Of a stretch of DNA of 64,000 nucleotides, positions 1 through 12,700 are shown piece by piece (the stretch's first letter is position 1; the number at the start of each line of letters is the position of its first letter). Where the stretch lies: positions 992,001-1,056,000 of the forward strand of contig JAQGDQ010000020.1 in assembly GCA_030141605.1 (NCBI GenBank). Reading direction: 5' to 3'. The position numbers and the translations under genes are program-made. The stretch is from Tubiluchus corallicola (taxonomy: Eukaryota > Animalia > Priapulida). Below the pieces are notes generated by a model that did not search any database, was not told the DNA's origin, and worked only from the letters and a program-made list of their open reading frames with translations.

Positions 1-611
1 TTCTAAATGCATATCTTAGTTATGTAACATATCACTTCTAAATTCATGTGCTCATGCATCCAAATAATACGCGCAGTTAATCTGGCTGGTCAGAAATATC
101 AGAACAGTTTCACTATGCTAAGTAAAAATCAGTAAAAATGGTTCTTGCCACATGGAAGCACATCTTGGATTTGATGAATGCCGCACAGCAGCTAACACAT
201 CATCTCACATTTTAAATGTACGTGCTTGTACCCGAAAACGAACCGTTAAATATTTGTATCAAAAATTTTGACAGTAGATAAACTAATGACATGAAGTGTA
301 AAAATGTTGTTTCGGGGCCTACATAAGAGCCCCCGGTTCAGTTCCAGGTTTGCCTACAATTTTTTACGCATTAAATATTTCATCTTTAAATTCCACTTTG
401 CATAAAATAATGGGTTTATGGCTTCAAATTTCCATTTGTTACAATCATAACAGATTAAAACAAGCTCTACCTGCCTTGAACATACTGTTGCAGTAAATAG
501 TAATGATGAATCTTTCTATTAACAGTACAATCAATAATTATGATTTCACTATGGATTTCATTGCACATTTGCAAATCTATTAGTGTTATAGTTGATTTTG
601 CCTTTTTTCAG

Positions 612-797
612 GTATGGGCATTTCTCGGGTATCAATCGTAAAGTACAACTCAAGTACATGCCAACTGGAAAACCAAAGAAATCCAGTTCAGAGGATGATA
701 TTTCCAGCGGACCTTCACTAATACTCATACTCAAATGGGGCGGCGAACTAACACCTGCAGGGCGGATCCAAGCCGAGGAACTGGGTAAAGCTTTCAG
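612..797 (+). CDS. PPIP5K: PPIP5K exon ([13 protein letters not shown]...[23 protein letters not shown])
   Basis: ttttttcag acceptor ends at 611, donor GT at 798; conserved motif. Confidence 0.95.
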
Positions 798-3700
798 GTA
801 TCGTGTCCCTTGTTATATTGTTTAGTGATCAAAGACAGGATTAGATTGACTTACACCTTTTGACAAATCTTATTGCTAATAATAGTTTGAATCTGGTTTT
901 AATTTTAATATTAGTAATTGTTTTTTTTTGCTTATTTACTTGGTCTTCTAGTGAAAATTTGTCTGCTTTTGATGAAGTAGAAGAATGAAAATTGTCTGAT
1001 TGGAATGAAGTAGAACAATGAAAATTTGTCTGATTTTGATGAAGTAGAACAATGAAAATTTGTCTGCTTAGAATGAAGTAGAAGAATGAAAATTTGTCTG
1101 CTTTTGATGAAGTAGAAGAATGAAAATTTGTCTGCTTTTGATGAAGTAGAACAATGAAAATTGTCTGCTTGGAATGAAGTAGAACAATGAAAATTTGTCT
1201 GCTTGAAATGAAGTAGAACAATGAAAATTTGTCTGCTTTTGATGAAGTAGAATAATGAAAATTTTCTGCTTGGAATGAAGTAGAACAATGAAAATTTGTC
1301 TGCTTTGAATGAAGTAGAACAATGAAAATTTGTCTGCTGGAAATGAAGTAGAAGAATGAAAAATTTTCTGCATGGAATGAAGTAAAACAATGAAAATTTG
1401 CCTGCTTGAAATGAAGCAGAATAATGAAAATTTTCTGCTTGGAATGAAGTAGAAGAGGGATAAGTGAAAGGCTTCTGCTAAAGTCTGGCATGGTATATTA
1501 TCAAACATTATATTTTTTCATATGTATAATCCTAGCTACTCAGTTCCTTACACCATTTACCATTTTGCCAAATTTGCCATCTTTACTACTGAAAGCCCAT
1601 TACTAAAAAGAAATATAAATTTAGCAGCGATTATTTGAATAAATTAGTTATAAACTAAATGCATGCCTTTTTATTAAATTTTGTGTAGACCGAACCATCA
1701 TGTACGCACTTCTATTCGCAGTTTAGTTTAAGTTTATTAATTTTTGTATAGCATAGCACCCATATAAATGTGTTTGAAGGCTGTGCAGAAAAAAATCAGA
1801 AAAAATATGTAATGCTAAACTAAAATGACGATTTAAAACAGCTAAGTAATACAAAATTTCTCAAGCAAAAATTTGGTAAAATTAAAATGAAAAATCGTAT
1901 TGTGTTATAAAATGTTAATCAAGCCATTAGAAGAAACAGTTCACTCTATATTAGACTGCATTATGAAATGTGAGAATCGAAGTAGAATGCTACATATTTC
2001 AGTTATAGTAATAACAATAAAATTCAGTTTTGTTATAAACTGCAAATCTGTATTCATATTGTACGCTTGCATGAACAAAATAGGACTCGTATAGTATTCT
2101 ATAATAATGTACATTATGCATCGGTATGCTATAACAATGTATGTTAAGCATCAGCATGCTATAACAATGTACATTATGTATCTTTCATGTAGCCAGTAGA
2201 AAAGATGGCTTAGAAAAGCATCTTTTGCTTATGCTTTCGTGTTACAATTCTAATAAATGTTTAGGTTTGTGTATCCCGGAGGTCAAGGCGATAATCCCGG
2301 ATGCGGGTTGCTACGACTACATTCAACGTATCGTCATGATTTGAAGATCTATGCGTCGGATGAGGGTAGAGTGCAGATGACTGCTGCAGCTTTTGCTAAG
2401 GTATCTTTAAGTGATCATCTTATTTTTTGTATTTTGCAAGAATTATCAATTTTATGTTTTTTAAATTTTGTGGTTTGTTAATGTTTAAAGGAAGACAGGA
2501 TGATTTTTTATATACTACCTCGTTTTCAAGTCGGATAAAAAGTACACATTTTAGCACATTTAATACTGCAAAATAATAGGTTAAGAAATTAATTAATGTC
2601 ATAGTACTCGTTTTACTAATATTTCTCGTAATTTTGCACTGAGCATGTTTTGATCATCACCTATAAATCAGTTTTCCTTTGAGGTTACTTTCTGTGAATT
2701 TACACAAAATTAAACATCTGTTTACTACATATTTTATTGTTTTTTACTTTTACTTTTACATTGAGTAGCTAGTGACCCAATTTGGGGTGATTCGTATAAA
2801 AGCCATTCACGTTACTTTACTGTTTGCTACTGTAATTTAACAAACACTCATTTGTTTGATAAAAACTAATGAGTGAAGTAGCACAGTAGGCAATAGCACA
2901 GCTTGCTTATTATTGTTGTCTCGAGGAATTGGGCAGCTGTGAAATTGTCAGTTCTGCCTGCTTGTCTGTCTGTCTGCCTGCCTCCCTCCCTCCCTCCCTG
3001 TCTGTCTGCCTGTCTGCCTGCCTGCCTGGCTATCTGCTTGCCTGCCTGTGTATCTGCTTGCCTGCCTGCCTGTCTGCCTGCTTGTCTTTCTGTATACACT
3101 ATTTCTCGGCTGTGAAATAACATAGGAAATTGATGGTTGGCATGTGGGTAGAGCATGGGACAAGCTGTTTCCACACTATGACCTGATTAATTTTTGGGTT
3201 AATCAATGCAAATGTGGATTCCTACAATTTTTCAAAGGTGTGTGAGTGACCACTTGCGCTACAATGTGCCTATTGCTGATATGTAGATGTTTGATAAAAT
3301 CAGTTACAAATACCAAACATATTATGACTATAAGAACAATCAGTAACAAATGTTTTAATTTGAACTTTGTTTTCCAGGGTTTTCTTGCTCTGGAAGGAGA
3401 GCTGACTCCAATACTTGTACAGATGGTTAAAAGTGCCAATACTAATGGTCTCTTGGACAATGACTGCGAATCTTCCAAGTATCAGAATATGTGAGTATTT
3501 TGCAGTCATTTGCTTTTATTTAATCTTTTCCATACGTATAGCTGCAGGTCTTGTTGGACTAGTGCTGTATTTTTGAACAAACATTTTAGTGCTCTATTTT
3601 TGAAGAGACGTTTTGCAGCATATACTAGTTGTGAGCATTGGTGATTGCTGTAAGTCTACTCAGTTGTGTTTGTTGGAGTTATCCGGAATTAGGGAAGAGT

Positions 3701-6700
3701 TTTCATCGTAGCCTTGTTTTATAATGATATTTTTATATCAAACTTCTTTTAATTAATTGCCTTTCTTACAGTTACATAAGGTTCATTAGTTCATCATGTT
3801 CACTGTTTTTTATGTGTGTGAACATCCTGACATCTGGATGTGAAATCTGTAATGCTATCAAAGGCATCAGATAATTAGAAGGTTGAGTTTGGTTTACTTC
3901 ATGTATTTTATAAAAACTCTACCACCTCACATCAAATATAATGGTACATTGACAAGTTGTTTTGTGCAAAATTTAGCAGCCCCATTTCAGAAACATATGT
4001 ACGTGTATCGTATTAGATAATGTGAAATAGTATGATGCTAAATGTGTCTTGAATAATTGGTGTGCCTTTAGTCTGTGAGGTAAGTTTTTTAACAAAAGTA
4101 TATCTAATTAAACTTGTTGTTTTTCTTTAAATATTCGAATAATTTTAGTACAATGTTATACAAAAGTAAATGATAATAATGATAGCAGTAAGTTTACAAG
4201 GCATGATTAGAAACTGTTAAAATTACACAAAATTTTGTTCTAATGTAGTACTAATACTATGTAACATTTTAATTACTAAGTTTGCCACCATGCTATAAGT
4301 TGTTAGAGCCTGTAATTTTAACACTATAGTAAGTAGTTTTGTATTTATTGCTTAATTGTTTGTCATTGTTAGCAAAGCGGCTTACTAACATCGTTATATA
4401 AGTTTTTGATTATTAGTTTTATAATAAAGAGCAGATCGCAGCAATTAGAGGTGTGTGTGTGTGGGTGTGTGCGTGGGTGCATGTGTGTGTTTTGCTAGGG
4501 TGAGAATTCAAACCAGCTCTGCTACGTTGGGCCAGTAACTCATATGGTAGAGCAAGTTGACATCTCTGCGTTCGATTCCTGGTTAGTCCATAGTTTTTCT
4601 GTGTCTCCTTCTTCAGGATATGTTAACTGTTAGGTTAACTGTTGTGAGTGTAGTGCCTATTTTAATGTGTGTCACAAAAAAGAAGAATATTTCTGCATCT
4701 CCCAAAAGCTTCGAAAGATGTTTGGTTATAATTTTGCTGTGACTTCTGCCGCTGCAGACTTTAGGTGTATACAGCGGAGTGACAGAATCTGTTATAGATT
4801 TTTTTCTACAATCTTGTAAATTTCAGTTTTGCTTTCGCAGCTTTTTCCCTCATTTTCTTATTCCTGCTAAACATTGTACCAGCTGGCACAAAGCCTCACA
4901 ACTAGAGAAATCATTCACGTAGTTATTTATGTACTTCCTAGTTTAGTGAGGTGTAGTAGCTGAAATATAATAAAAGGTAAGGCAACGAGCAAAAAAACAC
5001 TCACTCAGAAAGGGCAGGTAGAGGCATTTGAGCTGCCACTGTGATTTTTCACACAGGAAACATAATTTAGGTTAGATTATTTTGAACTATGGTGAAAAAT
5101 AGGAACCTGTTCCCTTTTAAATAAAAAAAAGTGGTAGTAAAGATGTGGATGAAGCTAATGATAATGATACAGTGATGGCAACAACGATGTTGATGATGAC
5201 GATTAACGTGTATTTAAGGAAGGAGAATTCCTGGTGGTTTGAAGTAGTTTTGCACAATGAACAAGTAACTCTTTGAATATGGATGCAAATGTGTTAAATA
5301 AGTGAATTTTCTTTCACTGTAAGCTGATTGTTGATTGGCTTTTGTGCTGTAGTTGTTTCAAGCAGTAAGCTTGAAATGTTTTGCGAAACACTGCTTCCTG
5401 TTTCTGCATAGATGCCAAAGTTGTCTGCTATTGTTTTTCTTGTTTTATGCATTTTCTGTTTTCTGATATGTATGTTAGCTTTAACAATAATGCATCTAGA
5501 TACTTTAAGTCAAACTAAACCATCACTATAATATGGGGTTTTACAACTTAAAATCTTACTGTCATTACGAATATTCAATTTATGTCGTTATAAACTCACT
5601 GTAAAACTTGTTTCTTTTGATTTTTTTATCACTTCGTTGTTAGCAGTATTAAATTTGAAGAACTGCAACTTTTTGTTGTGGAAGATGAATGACGTACTGA
5701 GTAAACAAACATCGGTAACCAAAGATGCTTTCTGTATCTATTACGTCATTCTCACTCACTTGCGCCAAAGACACAAAACATGGCGATCTTTACAGTAATG
5801 CACGTATTTTAAATTTGCCAGAAAAAAGATGAGTTATTTAATCTATGTCTCTTTTATTTAATAAGAACTAGGAATTCTTTGTGTAATCATAATGGTCGAT
5901 TAAAAAAACTTCAATCTCTTTTGGGGTTATTCAAGCCTTTAATTATTAGTTATTACAAAAGAGCTATTGCAGTACTACAAAAGAAAACTGTTTGCTTTTT
6001 ACATGTTTAATTGTAATGGATTTCCTGTGCTGAAGGGGTGATGTTGCAAACGTGCAAGCTTGTTTATTTTGCCATTTGACATTCAGAATTTGGTATAATT
6101 GTACGTGCTTTTAAGTTAAAACAACTCTGCCATCTTATGGCAAGAACCTAGCTAGATATTTGTTTGCATTTTGGGCATTTGAATTGTGTGCATGTGTTTG
6201 CTTAATAGCCCTTGCACTTTCATTGCTTCTGAGTCAGTTGTGGATTGCTAACACACGTCCCATCCTGCCAATTTATACATCTAAGTCTTCTGCTAAGTCT
6301 TTGGTTGGCATGAATTCATTTTGTTTATAATTACTTGCTTCTACTTTTGTGGCTTAATGATGTGCCAAAATGTTTTTTCTCGGTATTTCTCTTATAAAAG
6401 TTTGACATCATGAGAATATACTTTTTTACATTGTTTTATTACTGAAATGGTAAATTCTTCAATAACAAAATCTTCGGAAATCAGAAATGATTATCATAAT
6501 AATATATGATTTTGGAGAAGTTTCCTCCAATGCGTCATGTTGAATAAACGTTGTTGGATCATATTATTGTTGATGCAAGCTTTTATTGGAGACTAAAAAT
6601 CAGATTTAGAAAAATATTTGGAAATCCTCTTGCCAAAAGTAGAGGTCTTAAATATCTCCATCAATGGTGGTTTATTTGGTGGTTATAAAGTGTGATTGCT

Positions 6701-9700
6701 ATCAAAATTTTGAAATTCAAGTAAACTTCTTCAAACAATGAATTCAATTAATTTTCTGTCTATATTCTAATGATACTTCGTTGCTAGAATTATTAACATA
6801 AGTACATACGACACGTTCTAGGCTAATGAGTCTTCTCTCACGAGCGTTTTCTCTGACAGTAAACTTGCAGGGTGTGAACTGCTTTGCGAGTTACCATTCG
6901 CAAGAAATTATAAACTTTCCGACAGCTACTGTCTAGTGTGAATACCTCGGCCGAGTTACTCTCGACACGTCTCACAGTGAATAGAGAACTGAGTGTCAAC
7001 TCGTGGTTACTGAGGGAGAGTAACTCGCAGCAAATTTTACTCTCTAGTCTGAACACGCTTGTGAGTTCTTAGTAAGTTAACTTAGCGAACACTTACTGTC
7101 AGAGAGTAACTTGCAGCAAGTTTTGGTCTCTGGGCTGAACATGCTTGTGAGTTACTTAGTGAGACAACTTCCTGAGAAAACTCGCTAGTCTGACCCTGCC
7201 GTTAAACAAAATGAACGCAGTTTACTTATTTTTGCTTTCTTTTAAATTTATTTGGCATGTCATATTGCAACAAAAGAATGCCAAAAAAGTGATCGATGCA
7301 AATATGTGTTTAAGTGCACATGCACTGCATGTCTTGTCATTCTGTGATTTATTCTATTTTACCACATCTTGTGCTTGTTTAACCATTGCTAGTTTAAACA
7401 ATTAACCTTTTTCATCTGCTTATTTGAGAGTTTATTTCACATTTTTAATCATTTATTTAATCTTTTCAATTTTCGCTGGTTCTTCTTGGTTCTTTAGTAG
7501 TATAGTTAATGCAGAAATGTCGTAGTTTTGCTCTCTATTTCGTTTCAGTTTCGGGAAGAGCTTGCAATGGGAACTCTCTGGAAAAAACTTAAACGCGTTG
7601 TAAGTACGCCCATTTCCAACGCACCGGCGTGCCCCAGAACTTTGTCCCCATAACACGATTAACTCACAAATTAACATCTAACGAAAGTTTTAAACTTAGT
7701 ATTTTTTAAAACTAAACTTTTTGCATCATTTCGAACTTCTTTGATAACACTTAAATTTATGTAAGTTATCCACACCGAAATGGTTTACCGAACTTAGCTT
7801 TGCTAGCATAACTTTGAGATAAAGAGGTTATAGAATAAAATTGGTCACAAATTTGTTCTTATTGAGTCATTTACAAATGATTTTCACTTGTATATTTAGA
7901 ATACATGCTTGTTAGCAACCATTGTAATGGACCTATTTTGATACCTTTGGCTAGTGGCTTTGATTAGCTTAGCAAGCTCACAAATAATCATATATTTGTT
8001 ATGATATGTAAACTACTGGCTGCCTTCCGAAAAACCATTTCACTCATTGGATATGGGCCAGCTTGGAGATTTGTGTACCAATTGCTCAAACTATATCAAA
8101 ACCATTAGAAGTAAATCCTTCAGTGTGGATATGGTAAATTTAAGTCTAACATCTTCCAACCAACAATACAAAAATCTCTTGTCAAAGTGTAGCTATGAGT
8201 ACACTTCACTGTTTTACCCTGTGTGTGTCAGTGGTTGCAGTTTTTGATTATAGTTCACCCTGATATAGACTTCTTAGATATGGCTGTTTGTTTCTCAGCA
8301 CTGCTTCTATTTTGTCTTCGGCTTTATTTTATAAATTTTGCACGTCTGTGGCAGTTTTAGTGATCCTTAGATTTGCTTTTGTTGTGTACGTGGGTGTGTG
8401 TTTGATCTCATACAGCAGAAAATTTTAAGACAGTGCCAAAAATAAATCTCAGACATGGATGTGTATTATGTTTAAGCAGGCCTTATAGAACAGTAAATAT
8501 TTTCACATGTGTGTTGTTTAGAACTTGCTAATCCTAAACTTACTGGATTGATAATGGTGCGAAAAACTGTGAGTTGGTTTTGTGAGAGAGTGTTCGAATG
8601 CGTGAAATTTTGCAGGTAATTCCGATGAAAAAGAATTCATTGGTTTTGTCTTACTAAGCAGTAAAGATTTTTATAGGCACCTGTATTTTGTATGGCATCC
8701 ACGTTATGTAGCTAGCATATTGTAGCAAAATTGCATGAACAGTTGAAAAGTTTAATGCTAACACTGTTGTACGTGTAAACGATTGTGCCTGCTAAAGCTT
8801 ACTTGATTACTAAATCTTAAAGAGTTAGTCAATCTTCTAATTTACAGGGTGGTCCAGAAAAACGTTTCCCCTGCTTAACTTCCAGCCCTTCATCCTCCTA
8901 GAGGCTTTTGCAAAAGAGATCTACATTGTCGCATAGCCCGGTCTCACCTCTTTCCAAAAAGATATAATTTCTCTTCAAGATCCTAAGTGCCGCTATGACT
9001 CCAGGAACGGCACGCAGAAGACATCCAAAAATGGCCGTTTCTTGCTCATTTTCGCAACACCATGTAGAAAAGCTATTCTCGTGGAACTTAATGGGAGACT
9101 TAGAGACAAAATTATAGCTTTTTGGAAAGAGGAGAAACCGGGCTACATGATGATGTAGGGATACAAACACTTCTGCATCAATGTAGGGTTACGAGTGAGT
9201 TGAATGGACGTGTTTTCTGCACAGCCCTGTAAATCCCAAAAGAAGTTGAATTTTTTAAGGTTTTGGCACAAAGTCAACTTTGCTAACAGAGTGATTCATA
9301 ATATATATTAGCATTTATTATTGTTGTAATGGAATAATGGAATTGCATAGTACCGCACATTTGCAGAATTATTTTTTAAATGTATTTTATACACATCAGC
9401 ATTAACACAACGTTTGTAAGTTCTAAACAAATGTGACACGTGGGGTGGTACATCTCACAAGAGAAACGGCCGGTGTAGTATGTCAGATAAAACCACGCAG
9501 AAGTAATTTTCCTGGTAGTCACCAGTCTGTTTACTAGGCAGACTTAATGTTGTTTGCGAGGCAGCCTTCCCAGCACCCCAATGTTTTTATACCATGATGA
9601 TTGTCAGCCAACTTCTAGGGAACAGATAATATGCGAAACTCTTATAACTTACTCGCAACTTAAAAATGATGTAGAGATCAAATTTAGCTTCTGGATTTGC

Positions 9701-12700
9701 ATATTGGGGACATATAATCAAATTTTGACAAAAGTATGGAAACAGTTTTATTATTGATACAAGAAACTGTTTGTTTTATTTTACAGAGCGAAAAATGTTC
9801 TGTCCGAAGCCATGCAAAGAGACGTGGACATCACAGAGACTCCGGAGCGTTTTGACGTTGCCGTAGCAGAGGTAATGGAGTACAATTATTCAACTGACCT
9901 CCCTGATCAAAGTCAACTTCTCTGACTGGTGTAATGTTTTCAGTATAAATCCTTACTGAAAAACATAAAGGATGTATTATATATTATCTAGCTCCTGCTG
10001 TAAGGTTTATAGTTTGGATAGAGATTAATGGTTACACTGTCTAAACCAGTTTTTTTTTGTTAACTTCTAACTTGTCAGCCAATTTGTTTTCTAATTATAA
10101 TATTCATCTTTTCTTAAGTTAGTTTTAGCATTAATAGTTAACATTAGCAATAAATTCAACTGAAAATAATCAAATAAACTTGGGTAAGAATTATTGTTAT
10201 TAGCAGTACATTGCTCAAGGGCATATCAAGATATTACAGCACGCTAGAATCTGATAGTCACAACTGAACACCTCTGAAATGACAGGTACAGCATCTGTTT
10301 TTTGTGTAACGCATTTCTGAGATGCGGGCGGTAGTGCCTCTCTAACTAGCAAATGGCAAAATGCATGTAACAGTGAAGAAGTAACTGCTTCAATGCTAAA
10401 TTACTTTCTGTGGTAATAATTTGCTCAGATAAGTCATTCATGAAAACATTTTATGGGGTAGATTGTTTTGAGCTATAGTTTCAGATTGGGTCTGATTTTC
10501 CTTTAACAGTCATAATCTACATAATTCCATCATTTTATTTTCCCAGAAAAAATGATTTATTAGCAACTTAATTTTTTCACAGCGGATGGCATTATCATTT
10601 AAAATATCTGCAGTCATTCAAGAAAAACTTTGTTTTTACTTCACAGATGGCGCCATCGCGGACTCGTAGCTTGCTTAATTCGTTGAGGTTTATACGTAAT
10701 CCAGTGAAGATGTGTGAAAAAGTTCATACACTGATGCAGCAACTTGCTGACTGCATCCGACAGAGAAAGGAAGAGAAGGGAGCAGAGGGTACGTTTATTT
10801 TTGTTCTTTCTTATCTTCTTTGTTAACCTGCTAGTTTCTTATAGTGTAAAGTTCTGTGTCTGGAAAGGTCAGAGTACTTATGTTGAGTAATGCCTGGTGT
10901 TGCTGCTCAGAAAGCAGAAGGTCTTGGGTTCGAGTCCCAGTGAGATGCAAAATTTTTCAAGCTTCTCAATTTAGTATTGCTTGCATTTATTCATGTGATT
11001 AATATAGAAAGGTTCTTGATTCATTTCCATTTTTTTCAAAAATATGGTTGTCTATAGAATATTTAAAATTATGGGCAGATATGTTTGCCACCTGGAATGA
11101 AATATTTACCCTTAGTTGCTATACTTGAATTATTTGACAGACAAACGGAATTGTCCACAAATTCATTGATGTCCTTTTTGGTTGCGTTAATTCTAAGGCT
11201 CCCTCTGACAGACATTTTGCTTGTTAGTTAAATAATAAATAATTATTAGTGAATAATTGTTTTGAAGATTTTAAATTTGTTGGCTTTGTTGATTTCTTTA
11301 GAAGCACTCTCTAAATGGGCACAGAAAACATCTGTCAAAATATTTAAATTCACATTTATCGTATTAAAATTAATCAGGTTATTATAGCATTATTAGTTAC
11401 AGCATTATTTGTTTATACCATCAGTGCATTTATACATAGTTTAGTGCATTATTTATTTATACCATTTATTTTGAACATTTAGTTAACTACAATAAATTAT
11501 AAAATAAACAAAATTATATAGAAATAAATTTACAGGATTAGTGCACATATTGCCACAAACAAATGTATACATGAAAAAGTAGTACATAATATCAAAGGAA
11601 AAAATCACAATACAGATATTACTATTACACATCTCATAAATAAACACATACTTATCACGCTATTTATGCACATTTTGCACTCATGAAAGTTAGCTAGCAT
11701 AGAGCCAATTTATAATTTCATTTAGGTTATCCTTTTCTAAGAAATTATCATTGCATTCAGTGCCTTTTGTGGTATCTTCTATCAGTGAACAAACAATTGT
11801 TTCTTCATGCGTGAGATGAAAACTGCTACTCACATTATGATTACTATATTTAGCGCATTATTTTGTCCATTTTCACTCCCTGCCACTGACTTTGTGAGGT
11901 CACTGGCCAAGACTGTAAGTCAATGGAAAATCGATTAAATGACAAATTTCATTAACTTTCTAGCTTTGTACGAATGGAAAAAACTGGAAGTTAAATTTGC
12001 AAAAATAATTGCTGATTATATGTCAGAATATAGTCCTTAGCCATAATAATGTTTCAGATCAATGCCCCCAGGAAAATTCTTATTCCTGTGTCATGAGAAT
12101 TGTATTTCTGACTCTGCTACATCTACTTAAAGTTATACTGCATAATTGTGCTTTTCTTATCATTAGATTCACTAATTGAGATTATAACCGTTTTTACGTT
12201 TCTGTTTCATGAGATATTTAATGAGACTCCTGATTTTATTTTTTTAGACATAGAACTTTACCATGAGGAGACTTGGGATCTAATGTTACGGAGATGGTCG
12301 AAGCTAGAGAAGGATTTCAAGACAAAGCTAGAACAGTTTGATATCAGGTAAGAGATCAGGTCACGGTTATGAATTTCAACATCTCTTTTTGGAAAAGGGT
12401 GGGAACTATTGGTTTGAGTTTGGGATTGTGCTTGTGAATTCCTCTTGCTGTTAATTTTGTTTTCTTTTTGTTTTTTACTGAATCAATATGGTTTTGACCA
12501 ACCAAAATTGAAAAAGAAACAGACATCTGTATTTCTTGAATAATGACATGTTTTTATGATAAATCAAACCACTCGGTAGAGGCAGTGGCATAGCTAATAG
12601 GGGAGCAAAGGGAGCAACCACTTCCCTAAGCTCATTTTTCACGCCTTTTGAACAATTTTTTAACTCTTTACTCACTTGAGCGATAAAAGTTGAATCTTTT

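Noticed and set aside
841-1508. Three long minus-strand ORFs, and a CRISPR-like regularity
   Set aside because: They are translations of a 34-bp tandem minisatellite; units are contiguous with no unique spacers, there are no cas genes and the context is a eukaryotic intron.
2401-2410. Donor GTATCTTT resembling the U12 consensus GTATCCTT
   Set aside because: Mismatch at a key position and no TCCTTAAC-type branch site before the acceptor at 3377, which has an ordinary pyrimidine tract.
2866-3174. RQAG/LPAC-rich ORFs
   Set aside because: Tetranucleotide microsatellite translations.
7900-8400. Possible Penelope RT remnant on the minus strand (similar hints at about 17330-17700)
   Set aside because: Only vague motif resemblance; too decayed to support without a search.
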